64,000 bases of DNA from an uncultured Spirochaetota bacterium (GCA_963845535.1 CAWJSK010000014.1:1-64000), one strand, 5' to 3'. Positions 47,309 to 58,561 are shown, numbered from the stretch's first letter. Numbers and translations are program-made. The notes: generated from the letters alone by a model not told the origin.

Positions 47309-47620
47309 ATGCGGACCCACCAGGAAATTGAGGAACGAAGCCTGGCGCTCGCAAAGGCCATTGCTGCCAGGATCGACGCGGACCCTGATCGGGCAGGACT
47401 GAGAAAGGCGCAGGAAGTCCTGGCGCGGTGGCTGACCACGGTTGCCGCACCTGATCTGGACCTGTGGAGGGAAATCCTGGAGCGTCCGTGGGGGGAAATT
47501 CGTGACGCCCTCCTGGACCCATCCGAACGGGGAAGGAGGTTGCGCCAGTCAAGCCCATTCTGCGGAGTCCTTACCCCTAAAGAACGATGGGCCATCTGGA
47601 GAAAGCACCGGGTGCCATGA
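47309..47620 (+). CDS. Hypothetical helical protein, partner of the downstream nucleotidyltransferase
   Basis: HQEIEERSLAL..W..W..LRQSSPF; ATGA overlap with the next gene. Confidence 0.75.
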   Translation: MRTHQEIEERSLALAKAIAARIDADPDRAGLRKAQEVLARWLTTVAAPDLDLWREILERPWGEIRDALLDPSERGRRLRQSSPFCGVLTPKERWAIWRKHRVP

Positions 47621-48132
47621 CGCGCAATCAGCTTGAGCACCTCATCAGAGCGTCAGGCTCCATTGCCGGAAGCGACACGATTGTCGTCATCGGCAGCCAG
47701 GCAATCCTGGCGTCTTTCCCCGAGGCCCCGCAAGAATTGCTCGTTTCCATGGAAGCGGATCTCTATCCCCTTGACGATCCGCGAAAGGCGGACGTTATAG
47801 ACGGTGCGATTGGAGAGGGATCGCCGTTCCACGAGGAGTTCGGCTACTACGCGCACGGGGTAGGTCCGGAAACCGCGGTACTTCCGCCTCTCTGGATGGA
47901 GCGAGCGGTCACAATACAAAACAGGAACACCCGCGGAATTGCCGCGATCTGTCCGTCGCCTCAGGACCTTGCAGTTTCCAAGCTCGCCGCAGGCCGCGCA
48001 AAGGATTTCGAGTTCGTTCGCGCTCTCCTGCGGCACAAGCTGTTGGACAAAGAAGCGGTAGCGCGGGCCGTCGAAGAGTTGCCTCCTGAGCAGCGCGTCG
48101 CGGTGGCAGATCGTCTGGCTTTGATAGGATGA
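47617..48132 (+). CDS. DUF6036-like nucleotidyltransferase
   Basis: VIGSQA..SMEAD, GYYAHGV, DLAVSKL.AGRAKD. Confidence 0.75.
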   Translation: MTRNQLEHLIRASGSIAGSDTIVVIGSQAILASFPEAPQELLVSMEADLYPLDDPRKADVIDGAIGEGSPFHEEFGYYAHGVGPETAVLPPLWMERAVTIQNRNTRGIAAICPSPQDLAVSKLAAGRAKDFEFVRALLRHKLLDKEAVARAVEELPPEQRVAVADRLALIG

Positions 48133-48285
48133 CATCTTGTACCCGGCGAAGGCACTCTCTACAACTGCGTTCAGGGGATCGTGGACTGAGGAAAAGGACG
48201 GCGTCCCGGCGGTGCGCCGGGACGCTTTGAATGCAGTTCCAGTTGAAGTAGCAGGTGACGGCCGTTGTAAAGCGGCCGTACCGAT

Positions 48286-48777
48286 TCATGGTCTTTGTCG
48301 TCGCCGGTGGGCCTCCGGTATAGTTCGAGTCAAAACCAAGCCCAAGCTCACCTGCCCACGAGAAGTTGTTGAAAAGAAGTACTCTCCGCCAACAACAGCC
48401 CTCAGTCCCAGGTCAGTGTAGGCGGACGTCTCCCCCGGAAATGGAGAATCCCTGTAGCTGATCTCCGCACCAAGATATGGCGACACGCCTCCTATCACTC
48501 CAAAGTGATATTCAAGGCCGCCAGCAAGGTGTAATCTGTTGTGGTCACCGTTGTGACTCCTATGGACAGCTGTCAGCAAGCCCAACTCCGAGACGGGTTG
48601 CAATGTTATCCGTGAAAAAGTACTTTACTCCGAGAGCCCATCGGGGAGCCGTACACAAGGCCTGTGAAATGTCAGGCCTCCTTGGAGGCCGAAATCGCCC
48701 CCTTTTGGCGCTCCTTCGGCGAACGCGAGAGTGCCCACCAGCAAGAGCACAAGGACGGGGAGAAGCAGCCTCTTCAT
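48286..48777 (-). pseudogene. Broken outer-membrane beta-barrel protein gene
   Basis: MKRLLLPVLVLL..AFA signal; SPYLGAE, GGEYFF in a different frame. Confidence 0.5.
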
Positions 48778-48961
48778 TCTGAACCTCCGATAAGATGGTA
48801 AACTAGGCATCCAGAGTGGAAAAATCTCCGAAATGGAATGCCACACTAAAATAATAGAGATTGGCCGTCAGGGTCAAGAATTTTCTTATCAGGGATTTTG
48901 TCCCTTGCCCCGCGCGGGGCTATCTGGTACAAGAGTGGCACCTAAATGGGAGGTAAAATGA

Positions 48962-49729
48962 ATGGGCTTGATGACAGGAAAAAAGGGTATTATTTTCGGC
49001 GTGGCAAATGACAGAAGCATCGCATGGGGAATTGCGCGCGCGCTTCACGCGGAAGGAGCCTCCATAGCGTTCACCTACTTGAACGAGGTGTTTGAAAAGA
49101 GAGTGAGGCCGCTGGCGGAGAGCCTGGGCTCTGAGCTCATCCTGCGCTGCGACGTTCAGAACGAGGAGGAGATCGAGGGCGTTTACTCCGAGATCGAGCA
49201 GAAATGGGGCTCGCTGGACTTCATTGTCCATTCCGTGGCATATGCGGGCCGGGAGGAGCTGCGGCTCCCGTTTCACCAGACGACACGAGAAGGGTTTCGG
49301 GTTGCCCTGGACGTCAGTGCCTATTCCCTGATTGCCGTAACGCGCGCCGCGTTGCGCCTGATGTCGAAAGGCGGGTCAATCATCACGCTGACCTATCTCG
49401 GCTCCCAGCGCGCCGTCCCGAACTACAACGTCATGGGCGTTGCAAAGGCCGCATTGGAAGCCACGGTGCGCTACCTGGCGGCAGAGCTGGGTGAGAGCGG
49501 GATCCGCGTGAACGCCATTTCGGCCGGTCCCATCCGCACGCTGGCCGCTTCCGCCATCTCCAACATTAGTGAAATCTTCGGGATCATGGAGAGCCGCTCG
49601 CCCATGCACCGTTCGGTGACGCAGGAGGAGGTGGGCAAGTCCGCGTTGTATCTGCTTTCAGACCTTGCAAGCGGCGTCACTGGGGACGTCCACTTCGTGG
49701 ATACCGGCTACAACATCGTGGGGTTGTAA
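48962..49729 (+). CDS. fabI: Enoyl-ACP reductase
   Basis: GVANDRSIAWGIA, YNVMGVAKAALE, ISAGPIRTLA. Confidence 0.96.
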   Translation: MGLMTGKKGIIFGVANDRSIAWGIARALHAEGASIAFTYLNEVFEKRVRPLAESLGSELILRCDVQNEEEIEGVYSEIEQKWGSLDFIVHSVAYAGREELRLPFHQTTREGFRVALDVSAYSLIAVTRAALRLMSKGGSIITLTYLGSQRAVPNYNVMGVAKAALEATVRYLAAELGESGIRVNAISAGPIRTLAASAISNISEIFGIMESRSPMHRSVTQEEVGKSALYLLSDLASGVTGDVHFVDTGYNIVGL

Positions 49730-49757
49730 CCCCTGCACGGCTTCGCCGTGCAAGGGG
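49730..49757. terminator. Hairpin after fabI
   Basis: CCCCTGCACGG-CTTCG-CCGTGCAAGGGG. Confidence 0.5.
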
Positions 49758-49811
49758 CTCTCGCTGTTTCGCTTCGCGAGCCAGCTGCCGCCCTCCGCAC
49801 TGGGTACAGTG

Positions 49812-50204
49812 CTAGGGATCCCACTCGCGGCCGCCAAGGGCAACGCACAGCCAGTGGCCGCTTCCGGCATGCGCGGAAACGGTGAGAGTGAAAGTCCCCC
49901 GACCGGAGAGGGTGATCCTGTTCCCCTTCGTCAGGTCCACTTCGATGATCGGCTCTCCCTTCTTCTCGATGCGGACCCATGGTTCAAGGTCCTTGCCGTC
50001 CCAGATGAAAAACAGGTAGGTGGGCGACTCATCGGTTCGAACGACGAAGCTCGTGTGAGTGTTTGTCGGCCCAAGGAAGCCTTTCCGTCCTTCGACTCCC
50101 AGGCCGGCTCCGAGGGCGCCGGCAATCCGCACGTCCGCAAAAGAGCTGACGACCGAAAGGGAAAGAAATGCCAGGAGCGCCGCGGCGAGTGCCGTCCTTT
50201 TCAT
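49812..50204 (-). CDS. Secreted hypothetical protein
   Basis: Signal peptide MKRTAL..SFA. Confidence 0.6.
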   Translation of the reverse strand: MKRTALAAALLAFLSLSVVSSFADVRIAGALGAGLGVEGRKGFLGPTNTHTSFVVRTDESPTYLFFIWDGKDLEPWVRIEKKGEPIIEVDLTKGNRITLSGRGTFTLTVSAHAGSGHWLCVALGGREWDP

Positions 50205-50214
50205 GTGTTTTTCC

Positions 50215-51723
50215 TCACGCCGTTGGAATGATCTCGTTTTCCTTCAACACGACGTCATGCGCCCCGCCCTCACGGATGCTCACCGCGGAGGCTAACGTAA
50301 GGCGCGCCATTTTCTGGAACTCCGGTATTGAGAGTGCGCCGCAGCTCACCATGGCGCTTCGCACCTTGTCCAGCGTCACGTCCAGGTTGTCCTTGAGCTT
50401 GCCCGCATAGGGAACATAGCCATCCACTCCCTCTTCGAACCCTGGCCCAACCTGCCCGGCCTCGTGGTAGCGCTGCCAGTTTCGGGCCCTGTTGGATCCT
50501 TCGCCCCAGTACTCCTTCACGAACGAGCCGCCGACGCGCAGGCGCCTGCCCGGCGCCTCATCAAAGCGCGCAAAGAACCTGCCCATCATGACGAAGTCAG
50601 CGCCCATAGCGAGCGCAAGGGCAATGTGGTAGTCCTGCGCGATTCCCCCGTCGGAACAGATAGGGACGTAGGTTCCGGTCTTCTTGAAATACTCATCCCG
50701 CGCTGCCGCCACCTCGATGACCGCCGTGGCCTGTCCTCTCCCAATGCCTTTCTGCTCCCTCGTGATGCAAATGGACCCGCCGCCAATGCCGACCTTCACA
50801 AAGTCCACGCCCGCTTCCGCAAGATAGCGGAAACCTTCCGCGTCCACGACGTTGCCGCCGCCCACCTTCACCGATTCCCCGTAGGTTTTCCTGATCCATT
50901 GAACAGTATCGGCTTGCCACTCGGAAAAACCATCTGAAGAATCTATGCAGAGAACGTCCGCGCCGGCTGTGACGAGGGCGGGCACCCTCTCCGTGTAGTC
51001 GCGCGTGTTGATCCCCGCCCCCACCACGAGCCTCTTGTTCGCGTCAACGAGCTCCCGAGGGTTCTCCTTGTGCTCGGCGTAGTCCTTTCGAAACACCAGG
51101 TACGCGAGGTTGCCTTCCTTCGTGATCACCGGAAGACAGTTGAGCTTATGCTTCCAGATGAGGTCATTTGCCTCAGAGAGGCCGATACCTTCCCCCGCAT
51201 AAACGAGATCGGAAAACTTCGTCATCAGGTCTCCCACCCTGGCGTCAGGCGCCGTGGTGGACAGGCGGTAGTCCCTGCTTGTCAGCATGCCCAGGAGCTT
51301 CCCGGAGGGAGAACCGTCTTCTGTAACCGCCATGGTGGTATGCCCGGTCCGGTCTCTGAGGGCAAGCACGTCCCGCAGGGTGTCGCCGGCGCGGAGGTTC
51401 GAGTCACTGGGGACAAGGCCCGCCTTGAATCGCTTTGCCCTGCCCACCATGTCAGCCTGGCTCTCCACGGGCTGGGAGACGAAGACAAAGGCAATCCCGC
51501 CGCAGCGCGCCAGCCCGATTGCCATCTGATGGTCCGACACGGACTGCATGACGGCAGACGCGAAGGGGATGTTGAGTCGAATGGCGGCCTTCTCTCCCTT
51601 TCGATGCTTGACCAGCGGCGTGCTCAGGTCCACGCGCGCGGGCGCGCAATCCTTGCGGGTGAGGTTAGGAATGAGGAGATACTCGCTGAAGGTATGGGAA
51701 GGTTCGGAGTAGAAGTACGCCAT
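50215..51723 (-). CDS. guaB: IMP dehydrogenase
   Basis: CBS pair, [26 protein letters not shown]. Confidence 0.95.
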   Translation of the reverse strand: MAYFYSEPSHTFSEYLLIPNLTRKDCAPARVDLSTPLVKHRKGEKAAIRLNIPFASAVMQSVSDHQMAIGLARCGGIAFVFVSQPVESQADMVGRAKRFKAGLVPSDSNLRAGDTLRDVLALRDRTGHTTMAVTEDGSPSGKLLGMLTSRDYRLSTTAPDARVGDLMTKFSDLVYAGEGIGLSEANDLIWKHKLNCLPVITKEGNLAYLVFRKDYAEHKENPRELVDANKRLVVGAGINTRDYTERVPALVTAGADVLCIDSSDGFSEWQADTVQWIRKTYGESVKVGGGNVVDAEGFRYLAEAGVDFVKVGIGGGSICITREQKGIGRGQATAVIEVAAARDEYFKKTGTYVPICSDGGIAQDYHIALALAMGADFVMMGRFFARFDEAPGRRLRVGGSFVKEYWGEGSNRARNWQRYHEAGQVGPGFEEGVDGYVPYAGKLKDNLDVTLDKVRSAMVSCGALSIPEFQKMARLTLASAVSIREGGAHDVVLKENEIIPTA

Positions 51724-51869
51724 TGAAGAGTCCTTGGGGCAGGATAACGAGAGGCGGAGAAAGCTTCAAGGCTACAACTGAGAACGCCGGCGCCCGCCGC
51801 ATTGCGCCACGCATTTTCGCTGCTCTTGACAACACCATCCCCGCAGAGAATGCTCCGGGAGGAGTCAGA

Positions 51870-52472
51870 ATGAAAAGGGACCGACTGTCGCTTGCAATTG
51901 TCTTTTTCACTCTCATCCTCACAGGCTGCGCCTCATCGCCACCCGAAAGACAAAGGCAAATCATGCCTGATGACTCCATTGTCGTCGGGCATATAGACAA
52001 AGGAACAATGTTCACGGGAGCGCGTCTCGCCCGACTCGTCTTTCGACAGACGGGCCCGGAAGCCGAACAAGGCAAGGGCTCCTGGGACTTCAAAACGGAC
52101 GGGAAGGGATACTTCTGGAGCATCATGCCGCCCGGGTCGTACCGTCTGGACCGAATATTGTATACCACCTGGTTTGGAATCGAAGTGGCCGAGGTCGATT
52201 CACCGAAGGAAGGCAGGGGAGAGATCGACTTCGAGCTTCCCGGCGGCAGAAGCGTGCTCTATATCGGATCATACAAGCTCATCCCTGTTGTCAGGCTGAA
52301 CTCGGTGCATATCGGTCGATCAGAGAAACCAACGGAGCAGGAGGTTCTGTCCTGGCTGGTGAGGCGTCTCAAGAAGGACAGGAGCATCAGCGGCGTCGCG
52401 CCGTCAGTCCTGGACGCGGTTAGAGAGCAGCTTGAAAAAGTTGGCGGCGAAGTTCCCATGAAAGCCGATTGA
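51870..52472 (+). CDS. Lipoprotein
   Basis: GGAGG RBS; LTGC lipobox. Confidence 0.7.
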   Translation: MKRDRLSLAIVFFTLILTGCASSPPERQRQIMPDDSIVVGHIDKGTMFTGARLARLVFRQTGPEAEQGKGSWDFKTDGKGYFWSIMPPGSYRLDRILYTTWFGIEVAEVDSPKEGRGEIDFELPGGRSVLYIGSYKLIPVVRLNSVHIGRSEKPTEQEVLSWLVRRLKKDRSISGVAPSVLDAVREQLEKVGGEVPMKAD

Positions 52473-52486
52473 GGGATTGCGGAACG

Positions 52487-53137
52487 CTATTGCGTTACTG
52501 ACGGAGCCGCCGGCTTGTTGACGTCCACTATCTCCCGGGACAGCCAGGGGCTCGAGGGATTCTGCTCCTTCATATAGGATTGCAGCGCTGCGTCGTCCCA
52601 AGCCTGTGACACGGAGACATCGTAGTACTTGTCGTCCTTGATGTGCGCGCCAACGGCGCCTGGTGATGTGCCCTCGGCTGATGATCCCATAGCTATGAGC
52701 TCGTAGTCAACCTCAGGACGGAAGGCAAGTGTGTCCTTCTGTGCGGCGTACGTCATGGTCACATTCCCTAGGGAGAGAACGCGACCGGCAGAAGGCTCAA
52801 TCTTCAGTCCAATGGGCCGCCAGCCAAGAATGTAACGTCGGCTTCCGTCCAGCATATTGGCTCTGCTGCCAGCAAGCTCATAGGTGTGGCCTGGCTGGGC
52901 CAGGAAAGCGAAATGACCGTTGTAGAGGAACTTGGAGAATGTACGGCCCGCCGTAACGTCCCGAATGTCCAGCTCGATGTCGCTGTTAATAACGGTGTGC
53001 TGAGTATCGAAGAACTTCCCGGGAAAGCTCATTGAGAACGTGCCGATAACAAGGCTTACGTCAGGACTATTAGGTCCTGGAAGCGTAGAGCACGATAACA
53101 AAAAGAACAGCGGCAAAGCCAGTCTTAAGGCTTTCAT
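52487..53137 (-). CDS. Lipoprotein
   Basis: LLSC lipobox. Confidence 0.7.
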   Translation of the reverse strand: MKALRLALPLFFLLSCSTLPGPNSPDVSLVIGTFSMSFPGKFFDTQHTVINSDIELDIRDVTAGRTFSKFLYNGHFAFLAQPGHTYELAGSRANMLDGSRRYILGWRPIGLKIEPSAGRVLSLGNVTMTYAAQKDTLAFRPEVDYELIAMGSSAEGTSPGAVGAHIKDDKYYDVSVSQAWDDAALQSYMKEQNPSSPWLSREIVDVNKPAAPSVTQ

Positions 53138-53200
53138 AGTCTTTCTCTGCTTACAATATACGCAATCAGGGACCGGCTGGCTCAGCTCGCCGTATCTCCT

Positions 53201-53746
53201 TTACTGCTGCGGCTTCTCTCCGACTACGACGTTCACCACATAGACGCGAGCTTCCCCGCCAAGGTAAATCGCTATCCTGCAGGTGAAGTTCTTAGAGTAC
53301 ATCGGCTCAAAAGGAGCTTGGTTCGGTGCGTACGCTGCGGAGGAAGATGATGGAACGTTGCTTGCCGGCACAATGCCGGTTATGACATCTCCCCCCGGCG
53401 AAATGTGGCTGTCAGGCATGTCCCTTCCAGCATCCGAGAGGTATCGCCCAACGAGGAAAACGACGTGCGACTTTCCGTTATAGTCGATCGACGATTCACG
53501 CCACCTGATCGTAAGGGGTTTGTCGGAGGAGTTCTTGACCTGAATGTCAGCACCAACAGCCTGAAGCCCGGTTGTCAGCCTGTTAACTGTCTCCAGGCTA
53601 GGCACAGTGACTTGTACGAGGTTGTCCGGAGCCGTTGAGGTCACATCGAATGTAAACGGTGGCCCGGAGTTCTGCAAGGTTTTCACCAACGTTGCGCAAG
53701 ACATCAGCGCAAGGGAGGAGCACAGAACAACAATAACGCCTTTCAT
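53201..53746 (-). CDS. Lipoprotein
   Basis: LMSC lipobox. Confidence 0.7.
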   Translation of the reverse strand: MKGVIVVLCSSLALMSCATLVKTLQNSGPPFTFDVTSTAPDNLVQVTVPSLETVNRLTTGLQAVGADIQVKNSSDKPLTIRWRESSIDYNGKSHVVFLVGRYLSDAGRDMPDSHISPGGDVITGIVPASNVPSSSSAAYAPNQAPFEPMYSKNFTCRIAIYLGGEARVYVVNVVVGEKPQQ

Positions 53747-53777
53747 ATGAACACTCCAATTGGAATGGATGGTGCAT

Positions 53778-53811
53778 AAAAACAGGCTGTCCGGCCGAAG
53801 CCGGACAGCCT
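53778..53811 (-). terminator. Intrinsic terminator of the OMP gene
   Basis: 12-bp stem AGGCTGTCCGGC/GCCGGACAGCCT, UUCG loop, T tract. Confidence 0.75.
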
Positions 53812-53835
53812 TCGAAGTTTCAGATCAACCAAGCT

Positions 53836-55095
53836 TTAGAAGGAGATGGCTGAACCGAAGTAGAACCCGTTGCGGATAGCGCCAACGTTGTCGTTTCCGA
53901 GCGTCACGTTGCCATCTGATCCGGCAGAACCATTAGCATTGTTCGTGCCAAGCTGGTCAGCTCCAGCAATCTCCCATCCAATGATGAGCTTGAAGGCGCC
54001 GAACGTGAAATACGAGCCAAGATCGACCGCCTGCAGAGGCGCACTGTCCTGTGTTGCTCCGTCAAGGTACGCGGCAACATAGATGTCAACAGGAGAGACC
54101 GGGAGAAGGTGGAACGTTGCCGAATAGTGCTGCAGAGCCTCTTCGTTGGTGGTTGTTGCGCCAAGGATCAGCTTGAAGACCTGATAGCCGAAAGTTACGT
54201 CAGCGCCGAACACCCAGTTGGTGGTGTCAGTGCGGAAGAACACGCTCGGCTTCAGGGTGATGCCAGAGAACTGCGGAACATCGTACTTAGCTTCGATTGC
54301 GATGTTGCTGTAAGCCGGCCCTATTACGTTTGGTTTGGCGACGGTAAGGCTAGTGGAGCCTGCGGTGTAACCATTTGCGGTTCCGTAGTAGCCATACGAA
54401 GCGAAGAATCCGAAGCCCATGTAATTGACTTCAGCGCCAACCAGCGTGTTCTGGAGCAGGAAGTCGTTGACTTCATGGATTGTGACGGGTCCAACACCAA
54501 CCTGCCAATGATAGCCTATGAAGTTGGTATCACCAGCGATGGTGATCAAGCCAGCGTCCCAGTGGTTTCCAGGGGTCTTTGCCCAGGCGCCATACTCCCA
54601 TTCCCAACCGTTGTTGTCATACCACCAGTCGGTGAGAACGGAGTCCTGCAGACCGATAGTGAGCTTCACATCAACAGGGATGTCCGTCAGACCGATTGAC
54701 TTTGTCAGGTCACTGGTCCACATCCAGTGCCACAGGGAGTTGCCCAGCTGGTCTATGGGATTGCTGATAGAAGCCGTAACACCCGGTAGGACTGTCTGGG
54801 TTCCTGTTATTGAACCACCCTGCGGACCAATAATCGAGCCTCCGTTGACCAGCCTGAGGCCAACTTCCATGGTGTTGTTCGCGTCAAACGCCACATCCAG
54901 AGTGGGCCATATGCGCTCAGCGCCGCTGTTGATGGTGTCCGGCCCCGAAGAGATAGTCGGGTCAACGTTCAACCACCAGAATCCTTGCATGTGGTAGCTG
55001 ACTGTCGGCCCCGCCGGCGCCGCCGTGTCGGCGAAGGCCGGAACGCTGAAGGCCACCAAGGCCACTACGATGAGGAATAACCAAGCCTTTTTCAT
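53836..55095 (-). CDS. Putative outer-membrane beta-barrel protein/porin
   Basis: Signal peptide ending AFA, aromatic-rich alternating strands, terminal Phe, strong RBS. Confidence 0.7.
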   Translation of the reverse strand: MKKAWLFLIVVALVAFSVPAFADTAAPAGPTVSYHMQGFWWLNVDPTISSGPDTINSGAERIWPTLDVAFDANNTMEVGLRLVNGGSIIGPQGGSITGTQTVLPGVTASISNPIDQLGNSLWHWMWTSDLTKSIGLTDIPVDVKLTIGLQDSVLTDWWYDNNGWEWEYGAWAKTPGNHWDAGLITIAGDTNFIGYHWQVGVGPVTIHEVNDFLLQNTLVGAEVNYMGFGFFASYGYYGTANGYTAGSTSLTVAKPNVIGPAYSNIAIEAKYDVPQFSGITLKPSVFFRTDTTNWVFGADVTFGYQVFKLILGATTTNEEALQHYSATFHLLPVSPVDIYVAAYLDGATQDSAPLQAVDLGSYFTFGAFKLIIGWEIAGADQLGTNNANGSAGSDGNVTLGNDNVGAIRNGFYFGSAISF

Positions 55096-55457
55096 GAATG
55101 CTCCCTCCTCATTGGACTGGGAACCGAGTCGACGACTCGATGTGTTCCCTTAATCTTATCTGCCCCGATTCTATCAGAGCGTATAAGCCATGTCAATAAA
55201 TTTTTCACCTCCCTCTGTTTCGTGATGCACATTCCTCTCAACACGCGCAAAGAATCGATTTGTCACCGCACGGCGCTTCGACGCGTTGCCATCCTCGAAA
55301 CTGATCAGGTGTTGCTCCAATAGGTTTTCTTCAAGCATCGGCCGGAACATACGCATATTTGAGCGGTGAACTTTCCCGGCCGACCTTGATCGACCCAAAT
55401 CTCACAGAATGCTATAGTAGTTCTTTCCTCCCGTCAAGCGCAAATTTTCTTCGGAGG

Positions 55458-56864
55458 ATGGATGATTCGGTTGAGCAAACTGTGCGATCTAATAAGGAAG
55501 CAATCGATTGCAGGCATGGATGAGCGGCTGGCGCATTCCGCGTTGAGCATTTGCCGCCTGTTTCATGAACGATTTGCCAATTCTCATGATCCTGAGGTGG
55601 CAATCGGTCTTTGTGCCGGGCAGGGTGGAAGTTGCGGGCAAGCATACCGACTACGCGGGAGGGCACACCCTTGTCTGCGCAATAGAAAATGGCTTCCTGT
55701 TTGTCGCAGGCTCGAACCAGGACGGCAGGATTCGTATCATTGAAGCCTCTTCCGAGTTCGAGCCTGTGGAGTTTCCTTTCACGGCAGGCCTCGAGCCGCC
55801 TGCGGGACGTTGGGCGAACTACCCCATGACAACGGCGCAGAGGGTTGCAGCCAACTTCGGCGGGGAGGCGCCTCTTAGCGGCGTGGACATCGCTTTTTCC
55901 AGTGACATGCCCGTGGGCAGCGGCATGAGCGGCTCATCAGCGCTGATGATGATGTGTTTTTGCGCCATCGCCATTGTCAACACGCTCCATGAGCGCGCCA
56001 CTTTCAAGGAGAACATCCGCAACGGCATAGACCTCGCCATGTACCTGGCCTGCGCGGAGAATGGGCAGAGCTTCCGCAACCTCCCGGGCGGCAGGGGCGT
56101 GGGGACCTTCGGCGGGTCGGAGGACCATACCGCCATTCTGAACTGCAGAGAAGGATCCCTGGCCCTTTATCAATACGCACCCACGGTGCTCAAGGCAGAG
56201 GCGGCCTGGCCGTTGGAATGGGCGCTGGTGATAGCCTTTTCAGGGGTTCGTGCGGAAAAGACAAAAGAAGCCCTGGCGAGGTACAACCTCGCCTCCGAGA
56301 GAGCCCACAGGGCAGTGCTGGCATATAATCGTATTTATAGAAAGAAATTGCACACCCTTGGGGAAATCGACAGCACAGACAAGGGGTACAGGCGCGGCCT
56401 TCTGGCTCAAGCGCTTGGAGGGCGCCAGCTTTCAAGAAAAGGCGCTTGACCTGCCCGGCAGGGTCAGGCAGTTCCTCCAGGAGGAAAGGGAGACAACCCC
56501 ACGAACGTTGGAGGGGATCCTTTGGCGGGACCTGAATGCTTTCGGCGCCGCCGTGAATGCCTCTCACCGTGCCTCACGCCGTCTCTTGTGGAACATCGTG
56601 CCGGAAGTCGACTTCCTGCAGCGCAGCGCCATCAAGCTCGGCGCCGCCGGCGCCAGCGGGTTCGGGGCGGGCTTCGGCGGAAGCATTTTTGCCGTGATCC
56701 GCGCGGAGGACGCCGTACAGTTCGTATCAGCGTGGCGCAAGGAATATGCAAGACGCTATCCAGAACGTGAGAAGGAGAGTGCATTCCTCTTTGCCAAGCC
56801 GTCCTCTGGGATCAGGATGTGGGAGGAGAAGGGACAGGCGAGATTCGTGGATGCTATTTTCTAG
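55458..56864 (+). CDS. Galactokinase-family (GHMP) kinase, frameshifted
   Basis: PGRVEVAGKHTDY, PVGSGMSGSSA, GFGAGFGGS. Confidence 0.8.
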
Positions 56865-56903
56865 GCGCCGGTCTTCCTCCGCGCCGGCGTCTCCCGGCGG
56901 ATC

Positions 56904-57791
56904 TCAGACCTTCTCCCCATTCATCGCCGCGACCACCTTGTACAGTCCCTGCGTTCCGAGGTTCTCCATCCCCAGCGCCTGAGCGGAAATATAGAGCTGG
57001 TTCACCAGCGCAAGACCGGGGAGGGAGAGCTTCATCCGACGCGCCTCTTCCAGCGCAATTCCCATGTCCTTTACGAAGTGCTTGATGTAGAACCCCGGGT
57101 TGAAGTCACCCTTCGCGATCCTCCTGCCGAGGTTGTTGAGCGACCATGATGCGGCGGCTCCCTTGCCAACGATGTCGATCATGGCATCCAACCCGAGACC
57201 TGCTTTCTGCGTGTACAGGAGGGCCTCCACCATCCCGATCATGTTCCCCGTGATCACGATCTGGTTTGCCATCTTCGTATGCTGTCCCGCCCCCGGGCCG
57301 CCCATCAGCGCGATGGTCTCTCCCATCTTCTGGAGGAGAGGGAGGACGGCATCAAACGCCTGTCTTTCGGCCCCCACCATGATGGCAAGCCTGGCCTCCC
57401 GAGCGCCCACGTCACCGCCTGACACCGGTGCGTCGACGGAGGCGATCTTCTTCTTTCCTGCCTCTGCGTGAATGCGGACCGCGAGTGAGGGCTCCGACGT
57501 GGTCATGTCACATACCGCGGCGCCGGACTTTGCTCCGGCGAGCACGCCATCCGCTGCCAGGTACACCTGTTCCACGTCCGAGGGAAAGCCGACCATGGTG
57601 AAGATCACGTCACTCCTCTCGGCAACCTCGCGCGGGCAACCCCGCCACGAAGCGCCTGCGTCCAGCAGCGCCTGCGCCTTGTCGCGCGAACGGGTGTAGA
57701 GCGTCACTGGGTAGCCGGCGCGAAGCAGGTGTCCGCACATGGACCTGCCCATGACACCAGTGCCAATCCATCCCACCTTTACATTCGCCAT
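56904..57791 (-). CDS. Beta-hydroxyacid dehydrogenase family NAD(P)-dependent oxidoreductase
   Basis: GWIGTGVMG, DAPVSGG, GQHTKMANQ, KDM. Confidence 0.92.
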   Translation of the reverse strand: MANVKVGWIGTGVMGRSMCGHLLRAGYPVTLYTRSRDKAQALLDAGASWRGCPREVAERSDVIFTMVGFPSDVEQVYLAADGVLAGAKSGAAVCDMTTSEPSLAVRIHAEAGKKKIASVDAPVSGGDVGAREARLAIMVGAERQAFDAVLPLLQKMGETIALMGGPGAGQHTKMANQIVITGNMIGMVEALLYTQKAGLGLDAMIDIVGKGAAASWSLNNLGRRIAKGDFNPGFYIKHFVKDMGIALEEARRMKLSLPGLALVNQLYISAQALGMENLGTQGLYKVVAAMNGEKV

Positions 57792-57823
57792 GGCGTGTTT
57801 CCTCCGCTTCGTGACCGGGAACT

Positions 57824-58552
57824 TCAGATCTTTTCCAGCGGTTCCTCGGACGCGCCGAGGTGCATTGCGGGTCCGTTTCCCGGGGCTGCCCAACGGACCG
57901 CGTTCCGAATGACATGCTGGACCTCTTTCTGGTGATACGTGGGGAACGTCTCATGCCCCGGACGGAAGTAGAAGATGCGGCCCTTGCCGCGCAGGAAGCA
58001 GCAGCCCGAGCGGAACACGTTTCCTCCCGCAAACCAGCTAATGAGCACGGTTGCGTCAGGCACCGGGATATCGAACCTTTCCCCGTACATCTCCTCATGG
58101 GGGATCTCGAAGTACGGCCCCAGGCCGTCCACGATCGGGTTTCCCGGCTCCACCACCCACAAGCGCTCCTTCTCACCCGCTTCCCGCCATCGAAGGAGAC
58201 AGGAGGTTCCCAGGAGTCGGACAAACGGCTTGGAAAGATGGGCCGAATGAAGGACGATAAGCCCCATGCCCTGGAGAACCCGGTTCTGGACGCGGACGGC
58301 TACGTCATCACGGACTTCTCCGTGGGCCAGGTGGCCCCACCAGATGAGGACGTCGGTCCCCGAAAGCACGGAATCCGTCAGGCCGTGCTCAGGCTCGTCG
58401 AGAGTCGCGGTCCGCGTCTCGAAGTCCCGGTCCTGAGAGAGGAACCCCGATATCGCGCCGTGAATGCCTTTGGGGTAGATCTTCGAAACCTGTGGGTCGG
58501 TTTTCTCATGACGGTTCTCGTTCCATACTGTAACTCGGATTTTTTCTGCCAT
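57824..58552 (-). CDS. ThuA-like (trehalose utilization) protein
   Basis: [30 protein letters not shown]. Confidence 0.9.
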   Translation of the reverse strand: MAEKIRVTVWNENRHEKTDPQVSKIYPKGIHGAISGFLSQDRDFETRTATLDEPEHGLTDSVLSGTDVLIWWGHLAHGEVRDDVAVRVQNRVLQGMGLIVLHSAHLSKPFVRLLGTSCLLRWREAGEKERLWVVEPGNPIVDGLGPYFEIPHEEMYGERFDIPVPDATVLISWFAGGNVFRSGCCFLRGKGRIFYFRPGHETFPTYHQKEVQHVIRNAVRWAAPGNGPAMHLGASEEPLEKI

Positions 58553-58561
58553 AGCGAACAC

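Larger units (their letters stand above)
47276..48197. repeat. 23-bp direct repeats bracketing a two-gene cassette
   Basis: GGGATCGTGGACTGAGGAAAAGG at 47276-47298 and 48175-48197. Confidence 0.85.
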
